A stretch of 24,000 bases of DNA. It comes from Acaryochloris thomasi RCC1774 (GTDB lineage: Bacteria > Cyanobacteriota > Cyanobacteriia > Thermosynechococcales > Thermosynechococcaceae). The stretch lies in assembly GCF_003231495.1 (NCBI RefSeq), contig NZ_PQWO01000011.1:164893-188892 (forward strand), written 5' to 3'. The position numbers were made by a program, and so were the translations under genes. A model generated the notes under the pieces. It saw nothing but the letters and a program-made list of their open reading frames with translations, did not search any database and was not told the DNA's origin. The first letter of the stretch is position 1. Every line of letters starts with the position of its first letter. This document shows, piece by piece, positions 17,729 to 24,000 of this stretch.

Positions 17729-18044
17729 AAATATCCACCTCGCTAGATCTAGTAAATCAATCTATTGAGCAAGGACAAAACTTTGTTCAATACACTGATT
17801 TTATTTACTTCCAAAAATAAATAAAAAATCAAGCTAAGTGATACCGAGATATATACGTTAACCCGAGTTTGCATACATAAATCAAACAGAGCGTTGGGCA
17901 TCATAGAAGTAATTGAAGCTCACGTTTAGCTTGGCACGATATTTTTCGCGTCCTTGAATTGGGAGATACATCTATATCTCTCTTGACTCATGAAAGCTTC
18001 AGGCTATCAGTGTTTGTTACTTAACGAAGGTTTAATGGGTTTCT

Positions 18045-19238
18045 ATGTTTGACAAGAATGTAGCACTATTGTCTGAACCGGCTAGCGGCGATGCAGAAAA
18101 GCATGTTCAAATCTTGATGGTTGAAGATGACTATCAAGATGTTCAACTCTTAAAGGCCCTGTTGTCTCAGCAAGAGTATTGTTTAGATGCAATGACTCAT
18201 GCTCAAAGTATCAGTGAAGCATTAGATTGTCTTCGATCTTCAGGTGATTCAATTGAACTGGTGATCCTTGATCTATCGCTGCCAGATGCTCAGGGGCTAG
18301 ACGCCTATCACAAGATCTGTTCAAGTTGCTCTGAAGTACCGATTATTATTCACAGCGGGAACATTGATGAATCTATTGCCATTGAGGCCGTCCAGCGAGG
18401 TGCTCAAGATTACCTCGTTAAGGGGAAATTTGATGGTCATCTGTTAGGTCGCACCATTCGCTATGCCCTTGAAAGACATCAACAGTATCTAGAATTGCAG
18501 TCTGAAAAACTGAAGCTTCAGGCCATAACAGCGGCTTTACAACACTCTAACCAACAGTTAGAAGTGACCAATCAAGCCCTTGAGCAACTCGCCACTATTG
18601 ACGAACTGACACAGATTTATAATCGACGTCGCTTTGATGAAGTGCTTTGGGCCGAGTGGCGTCGTCTGGCTCGCGAAGATTCGCCTCTGTCTTTGATTAT
18701 GTGTGACGTAGACCATTTCAAAGCCTACAACGATACCTACGGTCATCCGGCAGGGGATGCTTGCCTGCAGCAGGTTGCAGCCGCGATTGCAAATATTGTC
18801 CAACGCCCTGCTGATTTGGTCGCTCGATATGGCGGCGAAGAGTTTGCCTTTATACTGCCCAATACAGACTTAAAAGGTGCCACCCACATTGCTAAAGATA
18901 TCCAAGCAGCTGTTCAGCGTCTAAACCTGCCTCACCTCGCATCTTCTACGGGTGATCAAGTGACGCTGAGCCTCGGAGTAGCAAGCATGATTCCTCATCA
19001 AGATGTTTCACCGGTTCAGCTTGTTGAGGCGGCTGATCGAGCACTTTATACTGCAAAGAGGCTCGGACGAAATCAGACTCAGGTTTCCCTCCCTGATTTG
19101 GAATCCGCAATCACAGAAGTCCGTCAGGCTTCTCATAAGGCAAAGGAGTTTTGTCAAACCTTGAAGCATGCTCGCTCTAGTCTGGCCCGATCTCTAGAAC
19201 CTGCGAAGCAGCAGCGAGTGCCACAATTGAGATGGTAA
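18045..19238 (+). CDS. Response regulator receiver + coiled-coil + GGDEF diguanylate cyclase
   Basis: REC motifs: MVEDD, phospho-acceptor D76 in VILDLSLPD, and YLVKG. A heptad-like linker covers roughly aa 140-185. GGDEF domain motifs: CDVDHFKAYND, an intact GGEEF active site (aa 263-267) and the RPAD I-site exactly 5 residues upstream (nt 18804-18845). Confidence 0.85.
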   Translation: MFDKNVALLSEPASGDAEKHVQILMVEDDYQDVQLLKALLSQQEYCLDAMTHAQSISEALDCLRSSGDSIELVILDLSLPDAQGLDAYHKICSSCSEVPIIIHSGNIDESIAIEAVQRGAQDYLVKGKFDGHLLGRTIRYALERHQQYLELQSEKLKLQAITAALQHSNQQLEVTNQALEQLATIDELTQIYNRRRFDEVLWAEWRRLAREDSPLSLIMCDVDHFKAYNDTYGHPAGDACLQQVAAAIANIVQRPADLVARYGGEEFAFILPNTDLKGATHIAKDIQAAVQRLNLPHLASSTGDQVTLSLGVASMIPHQDVSPVQLVEAADRALYTAKRLGRNQTQVSLPDLESAITEVRQASHKAKEFCQTLKHARSSLARSLEPAKQQRVPQLRW

Positions 19239-19301
19239 AAGGCCTAGATAGCCGACCGCAATAGCTCAAGGCTGAGGAGGTTTGATCAGTCAAGAAACTG
19301 T

Positions 19302-19580
19302 CTACTCTTCTTCTTCAGACCAAAGAAAGCTGATCCCCAGCGTGGCGAATCCGACTGCAGCGACTGCTTTCAGTAGTTGGGTCGGCAGAAACTGAGCTAG
19401 ACTTCCTCCCAAGACAACGCCTAAGAAACTAGCAAAGACCAGTGCTGAAGCCGTCCCCAGAAAGATCGCCCGCGGATGCCGACACTGACCGCTCAGGGTA
19501 ATGGCAGCAAGCTGGCTTTTGTCTCCCAATTCTGCAAGGAAGACAATAATGAAGCTCAGTCCCAATAAATTCCAATCCAT
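19302..19580 (-). CDS. UPF0016 (GDT1/TMEM165/PAM71/Mnx) family half-size protein, second half
   Basis: 92 aa with 3 TM segments. The family motif E-x-G-D-K-[ST] is present in FLAELGDKSQLAAITL. Confidence 0.8.
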   Translation of the reverse strand: MDWNLLGLSFIIVFLAELGDKSQLAAITLSGQCRHPRAIFLGTASALVFASFLGVVLGGSLAQFLPTQLLKAVAAVGFATLGISFLWSEEEE

Positions 19581-19589
19581 AGCTTTGGC

Positions 19590-19985
19590 CTAAAGGTGAA
19601 CCGTATCCCAAATTAGCAGAACAGCAATGAATAACAGGCTTGCTCCTGTCGCTGTCTTCAAGGCTGCAGGTGAGAGATAGCGTGCCAGCCAGCGGCCGAT
19701 CACGACCCCCAATAAGCTGGTGGTAATCAAGGCTGCAGCGGCCCCGGCAAAGACAATCCAAGGCGACTGAGATTCTGCCGTTATTAGAAGTGTAGAAAGC
19801 TGTGTTTTGTCCCCTAGCTCCGCGAGAAAAATGGTGCCGAAGGCCATCAAAAACTCGCGACCAAAGCTCTTGGGGTCTTTGTCGCCTGATTCAACGGCCT
19901 CTGCCAGCATTTGTGGATCAGACTTTTGCAAATCGTCAGAGCCTGGGGATGAATTAGACGATCGTTGAGTTAGGGGATCACTCAC
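19590..19985 (-). CDS. UPF0016 (GDT1/TMEM165/PAM71/Mnx) family half-size protein, first half, with acidic N-terminal extension
   Basis: 131 aa with the motif FLAELGDKTQLSTLL and 3 TM segments. The ORF starts at GTG 19985, and in-frame ATGs lie at 19910 and 19847, so the N-terminus is uncertain. Confidence 0.75.
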   Translation of the reverse strand: MSDPLTQRSSNSSPGSDDLQKSDPQMLAEAVESGDKDPKSFGREFLMAFGTIFLAELGDKTQLSTLLITAESQSPWIVFAGAAAALITTSLLGVVIGRWLARYLSPAALKTATGASLLFIAVLLIWDTVHL

Positions 19986-20039
19986 AAAGGAACTCTAGTT
20001 GCAGATACGTGAACTATTATGCCTGCGATGGGTCGTGCC

Positions 20040-20399
20040 TTAGCCAAGATCTAAACCGATGGCTTGCTCGAACTTAAGCCCTTCTAAGCTACGGTTGCCG
20101 TAAACGGCGTCAATTTGCTCACGACAACATGAGATCGCAAACTCATTCAAATCATCTGGGTCAATTCCGTACAGACGCTTAAAGGTCTCAGGCGTAACGC
20201 GACAAAAGCCAGGACGCTCGGCATAAATACTGCATTTACGTTCGTCGTGATCGAAGTGAATACACCAGCCATCTGGCCCAATCAAACTTAGATATCGCTC
20301 GAATTCTTCCGCTGAGAGATACTCCTGAATATCAGGGCGCTCGCTCAAATCTAAATGACAGCAAGCACCACATCCTTGAATGCATGTCCAGGTCGCCAT
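20040..20399 (-). CDS. YkgJ family cysteine-cluster protein (UPF0153)
   Basis: The N-terminal CIQGCGACCH (CxxCxxCC) plus later cysteines (WCIHFD, KCSIY, FCRV) are typical of the YkgJ/UPF0153 family. Confidence 0.8.
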   Translation of the reverse strand: MATWTCIQGCGACCHLDLSERPDIQEYLSAEEFERYLSLIGPDGWCIHFDHDERKCSIYAERPGFCRVTPETFKRLYGIDPDDLNEFAISCCREQIDAVYGNRSLEGLKFEQAIGLDLG

Positions 20400-20624
20400 G
20401 ATTGTTAACCTCTACAGTGCTGCAGTTACAGCAAGAAACAGTCGCTAAAGGACATCGACCGACGCACCCATTCAGTAGAAGGTTTAGCCCATAGCCCGTT
20501 AGAGATACCATAACTGATTCTGCTAACTCAACTCTTGTCAGAGAATTCCCTAGGTAGCGCCCCGCCAGCAGGTACAATGAAATTCTGGTTTATCCACGAT
20601 CATTGGGTCATCTTGGGAGGAAAA

Positions 20625-20747
20625 ATGGAACTTTTAATCTCTGCCGGTTTGCAGGAAACGGTCTTACAGCTGGCGTCTATCGTCTTTGTCGTAGTAGGCG
20701 GTCCCCTCATTATTGGGGCCATCGCTCTAGGCGGCGGCAAGCTTTAA
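20625..20747 (+). CDS. psb30: Photosystem II Psb30/Ycf12-like small membrane protein (40 aa)
   Basis: MELLISAGLQETVLQLASIVFVVVGGPLIIGAIALGGGKL aligns by eye with Psb30 as I recall it (EVIAQLTMIAMIGIAGPMIIFLLAVRRGNL): E..QL..I......GP.II...A...G.L. GGAGG (20616-20620) lies 4 nt before ATG 20625. The 70-aa track ORF (from 20535) is an upstream extension with no SD. Confidence 0.55.
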   Translation: MELLISAGLQETVLQLASIVFVVVGGPLIIGAIALGGGKL

Positions 20748-23182
20748 ATTTGTTGAGCCACTTGACGGGCTGAGGAGCGATACCACTGCTCTAGCTGCTT
20801 GAGTTCCTGCTCTAGATCGCCCGTTTTTGGGAAGCTAGGGCAGGTATACCCAAGCTCCCGCATGATGGCAACTAACACGCTGGGTGATACCCACCATTTC
20901 TGCCCCAGCTCTAAAAGATTTACCCGATTCCCCATCGATTTAATCAGCTCGTATTTGAGGTGCGATCGCAACGCAGTCACCTCAGTCTCTCGAGGAAGCT
21001 TTCCGTGTATATAGACCCTCTGAGGTCGGCCCAGTGCCAGCAGCCACTTGAGATGAACGACTGAAGGTGGCAATGTCCATAACAGCAGTGTTTGGCAAGG
21101 CTGCGTGGGTCGATCGTATTCAATGCCCCCCTTGATCTGCTGTCGTGAAATATAGGGCCGCTGATCGCCATAGACTAGCAAATTCCCTTCAACCTGTAGC
21201 GATTCCAGAGTCTCTAGCGAGTCCCAAGACGGTAACGGCAGCGGTTTGGATGGCTCAGCGCAAATCAATGTTGGCTCCTGCAGGGGCTGAGGGCAATCCT
21301 CTTCTGCCTCTTTGTCAGCATCTTCTACCGCTTGAGCCTCAGCAGGTCTAGATAAAAGCGCTTCTGGCTCCTCGCAGCGCTCGGGGGGCGGCACTCTTGA
21401 CACCCGAGCGCCCAACAGCTCCAGTTCCAGAGTCTGCTCACCCCGCCAGTTGTTCTCCCGCAGTCGGTAGGCCACATCAATCCAGTCAGGAAGGGGATAG
21501 TATTCTCCCCAGCGCCACGCCATCACCTGCTTGATCACTCGCTCTTCGGGGTTGCTGGCTTCAACCTGGGCCAGGGTTAACTTCAGGTGTGTTTTATCCG
21601 CTCCCACCTGACGCTGCTCTAGCACCCGAACCTGCGGTGTCCAAAAGACCGGCTCTCGATTGCCAATCCCGCAGGGGTGCAGTCGATCGATCTGATAAAA
21701 CAAGTCCCAGTTGATTTGAGAAAAGTTGGCCTGAGCATCAATCTGCACGAGTGGCTTCAAATGGTGGGGCTGCAGTTCTTCGTGGGCAAACTGACTGAGA
21801 CGCGATCGCAAAAATTCGAGCTGGTCCACCTGCATTGAAAAACCGCCTGCTGCTCGGTGCCCACCAAAACGTCCTAACAGATCTTCGCAGTACTGCAGCG
21901 CCGCAAACACGTCAAATTCTGGAATCCCGCGTGCCGATCCCCGAATGTGGGTACGGGCTTCGTCTTCATAGGTACCCAAAAAAACCGGGACTCCGTATCG
22001 CTCTACGAGGCGAGAGGCCACAATTCCAATAACGCCGTGGTGCCAACTTGGCTCCACTAACACCAGCACCCGCTGCTGCTGAGGACGATCGCCACTCTGC
22101 AAGCCCTCAACCAGCTCAATCGCAGATTGCTCAATCTCAGTACATAAGCGCTGTCGCTCCCGGTTAGCCTGCTCACACTGCATTGCCCGATCGAGAGCCG
22201 TGGCCCGATCATCAGTGGTCAACAGCTCAATCACCGTTTGTGGGTCCGCAATCCGGCCTACTGCATTGATCCGTGGCCCCAGTCGGAATCCGATCGCTTC
22301 TGGCTTCAACGTTTTCTGTTGACTTGGGTCGTTACAGCCCGCCACCTGAATCAGTGCCTGAACACCCGCTAACTTAGAGTGGGGCAACAGTTTCAGTCCT
22401 CGCTGCAGCCATCGGCGATTCACGCCCACCAAAGGAGCCAGATCAGCAATGGTGCCCAGGGTAAACAGCTCTAGCAAGGGGGCGATCAGAGCTTGGGACT
22501 TCTCCATCTTTTTCGCCAGTGAAACCGCCAAAATATAGGCCACACCTACCCCCGCTAAGCCCTGATAGGGAGAATCCATGCGGATCAGCTTTGGATTAAG
22601 AATGGCGTTAGCGGGCGGTAGTTCTGGCGGTAGCTCATGGTGATCGGTGATGATTACATCGATACCTAGTTCTCTAGCCTTGGCGACTGGCTTAGGCGCA
22701 GCAATACCGTTGTCAACGGTCAAGATGAGCTTGACGCCATCTGCCGCACAGTCATCTACAATCCGCTCGTTAATGCCATACCCTTCGCTCATGCGGCTGG
22801 GAATTGCGTAATTGACTTGCCCCCCTAAGGCACCTAAGGCCCGCAGCAGCAAAGCTGTGCTGGTCATGCCGTCGGCATCATAGTCGCCGCAGATTATGAT
22901 TTCTTTTTGGGTTGCGATCGCATCCTCTAAAAGCTCTAGACTCATTGTCAGATCCGGGAACTCCTCAACCGGATCGGGTAGAGATAGAGATTCCGGCTCT
23001 AGATAGGCTTGGGCCATCTCTGACGTCACAATACCTTGATTCACCAGCACCTGAGCCAGCAACGGGAACAACCCCGTACATTGCGCCACGTGCCCCACTT
23101 GCTCAACCTTCGGTGACGCGATTTGCCAACGCTGTTGCGGAAGCTTAGCCTCTCTCTCCTGTTGTTTTCCAGCCAGGGTCAT
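20744..23182 (-). CDS. recJ: Single-stranded-DNA-specific exonuclease RecJ with a long C-terminal extension
   Basis: DHH motifs ICGDYDADGMTS, TVDNG and ITDHH; DHHA1 GGHRAAGG; then an OB-fold-like region. The protein is 812 aa, and the last ~218 aa lie beyond the canonical core. Confidence 0.9.
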   Translation of the reverse strand: MTLAGKQQEREAKLPQQRWQIASPKVEQVGHVAQCTGLFPLLAQVLVNQGIVTSEMAQAYLEPESLSLPDPVEEFPDLTMSLELLEDAIATQKEIIICGDYDADGMTSTALLLRALGALGGQVNYAIPSRMSEGYGINERIVDDCAADGVKLILTVDNGIAAPKPVAKARELGIDVIITDHHELPPELPPANAILNPKLIRMDSPYQGLAGVGVAYILAVSLAKKMEKSQALIAPLLELFTLGTIADLAPLVGVNRRWLQRGLKLLPHSKLAGVQALIQVAGCNDPSQQKTLKPEAIGFRLGPRINAVGRIADPQTVIELLTTDDRATALDRAMQCEQANRERQRLCTEIEQSAIELVEGLQSGDRPQQQRVLVLVEPSWHHGVIGIVASRLVERYGVPVFLGTYEDEARTHIRGSARGIPEFDVFAALQYCEDLLGRFGGHRAAGGFSMQVDQLEFLRSRLSQFAHEELQPHHLKPLVQIDAQANFSQINWDLFYQIDRLHPCGIGNREPVFWTPQVRVLEQRQVGADKTHLKLTLAQVEASNPEERVIKQVMAWRWGEYYPLPDWIDVAYRLRENNWRGEQTLELELLGARVSRVPPPERCEEPEALLSRPAEAQAVEDADKEAEEDCPQPLQEPTLICAEPSKPLPLPSWDSLETLESLQVEGNLLVYGDQRPYISRQQIKGGIEYDRPTQPCQTLLLWTLPPSVVHLKWLLALGRPQRVYIHGKLPRETEVTALRSHLKYELIKSMGNRVNLLELGQKWWVSPSVLVAIMRELGYTCPSFPKTGDLEQELKQLEQWYRSSARQVAQQI

Positions 23183-23345
23183 AATTCTATGCTTGCTCCA
23201 GCCGCTTTTACCTGCATTACCGCCACATTAAACTGTAGAACTGCTTGTGATCATGACCTTTGTACTTTATGTATAGGAAACTTGTTATCCAGATCGCTCT
23301 AGCTAAACTAGGATTGATCTCTGATAGAGAAGAAAAGGCCGCGCT

Positions 23346-23735
23346 ATGTCGGATTCTGAGCAATCCTCTCCTCCTGAAGAGGAACTTAATATTGAGAAAG
23401 CTCTAGCTGAAGCAGAGACAGCGCTTAACGGTATCAGAGAGCGTTACCAGAACGTCCAAACAGCCCAGCAACAGCAGCCCCAACTTCAGGAACAGCTCCA
23501 ACAGCTCCGGGAGCAGAGCCAGGAATCTAGCAAAGAGCAGCCCGCTCATCAAGAAGCACAGCAAAAATTAGCAGAAGAGATCGCCAAAATTCAGCAACAG
23601 CTCGAAATAACCGAACTCACACTAGAAAGCCGTTTGTTCACTTGGCGCGATAAGCGCGATTGGTTCTGGCACTTCCTCCGCTTTGCAGGCATTGGGTTTG
23701 GAGCTGCTCTTCTGCTAAATTATCTAACCCGCTAG
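23346..23735 (+). CDS. Hypothetical Q/E-rich coiled-coil protein with a C-terminal TM anchor
   Basis: Intact 129-aa ORF with a long Q/E-rich helix (QQQQPQLQEQLQQLREQSQE...) and a terminal hydrophobic segment FAGIGFGAALLLNYL. I recognise no family. Confidence 0.5.
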   Translation: MSDSEQSSPPEEELNIEKALAEAETALNGIRERYQNVQTAQQQQPQLQEQLQQLREQSQESSKEQPAHQEAQQKLAEEIAKIQQQLEITELTLESRLFTWRDKRDWFWHFLRFAGIGFGAALLLNYLTR

Positions 23736-23782
23736 TTTGTAGTGTTGGCGGAGACTCCCATGCAAGATTCGTAAATCCCAGC

Positions 23783-23811
23783 TTTACAAAAGTAAATAAT
23801 TGCGCTATATT
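23783..23811 (+). promoter_or_regulatory. psbA promoter candidate
   Basis: TTTACA (23783-23788), an exact 17-nt spacer, then TATATT (23806-23811). This predicts a ~60-nt leader before ATG 23878, a typical layout for strong psbA promoters. Confidence 0.55.
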
Positions 23812-23877
23812 AAATACAGTTACTTAGCCAACTCGGTTACTTGACTAATTTATAACTTACATAACGCAATTATCATT

Positions 23878-24000
23878 ATGACAACCGTTCTACAACGTCG
23901 CGAAAGCGGCAGCGCCTGGGAGCGCTTTTGTAGCTGGATCACAAGCACCGACAACCGTTTATACATCGGTTGGTTCGGCGTCTTGATGATTCCTACGCTC
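23878..24000 (+). CDS. psbA: Photosystem II D1 protein PsbA, N-terminal 41 codons (continues beyond the window)
   Basis: The translation [41 protein letters not shown] is the near-invariant D1 N-terminus. Confidence 0.95.
   Translation, partial: MTTVLQRRESGSAWERFCSWITSTDNRLYIGWFGVLMIPTL

Noticed and set aside
6606-19238. AT-richer patches (the LRR gene and the GGDEF gene with its upstream region) as a genomic island or mobile element.
   Set aside because: The two patches are 9.6 kb apart with core genes between them (gatC, ycf3, purL, purF). There is no integrase, transposase, tRNA attachment site or long flanking direct repeat. At most they are individually acquired genes, and this is noted in the findings.
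20535-20624. N-terminal 30 codons of the 70-aa track ORF (MSENSLGSAPPAGTMKFWFIHDHWVILGGK).
   Set aside because: The start has no SD. The sequence is not membrane- or Psb30-like, and the internal ATG 20625 has a GGAGG SD. I treat this stretch as 5' UTR or promoter region of the psb30-like gene.

Overview
The window is a cyanobacterial chromosomal segment. Evidence: I found at least 16 copies of the HIP1 octamer GCGATCGC by eye, plus psbA, ycf3 and a psb30-like mini-gene. About 25 tightly packed protein genes are present, mostly core or housekeeping. In order: moaA (3' part), DUF1428, VOC/PhnB-like, GT39/ArnT-like glycosyltransferase, a small hypothetical, MOSC protein, family-5 ABC substrate-binding lipoprotein, a stand-alone LRR protein, gatC, ycf3, CPBP protease, a hypothetical exported protein, a PRTase divergent from a purL-purF-DUF95 run, an RHH protein plus TMEM14, a REC-GGDEF regulator, a split UPF0016 pair, YkgJ, psb30-like, recJ, a Q-rich tail-anchored protein and psbA (5' part). 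I saw no rRNA, tRNA, CRISPR array, transposase or integrase, and no recognisable defence or biosynthetic operon. I do not find convincing evidence for a novel multi-gene system, so this reads as an ordinary core region with a few local oddities. The oddities are listed here. (1) A consensus-like promoter followed by a ~140-nt structured leader with mutually exclusive helices ahead of an orphan BrnA-like RHH gene. (2) Two UPF0016 half-genes that are in the same frame, separated only by TAG plus 3 codons. (3) A 15-repeat LRR-only exported protein in an AT-richer, HIP1-free patch. (4) A REC-GGDEF gene behind a 340-bp AT-rich region. (5) A 40-codon psb30-like gene hidden inside a longer track ORF. 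(6) A 13-nt tandem duplication that includes the gatC start codon. All functional calls come from motif recognition by eye; no searches were run.
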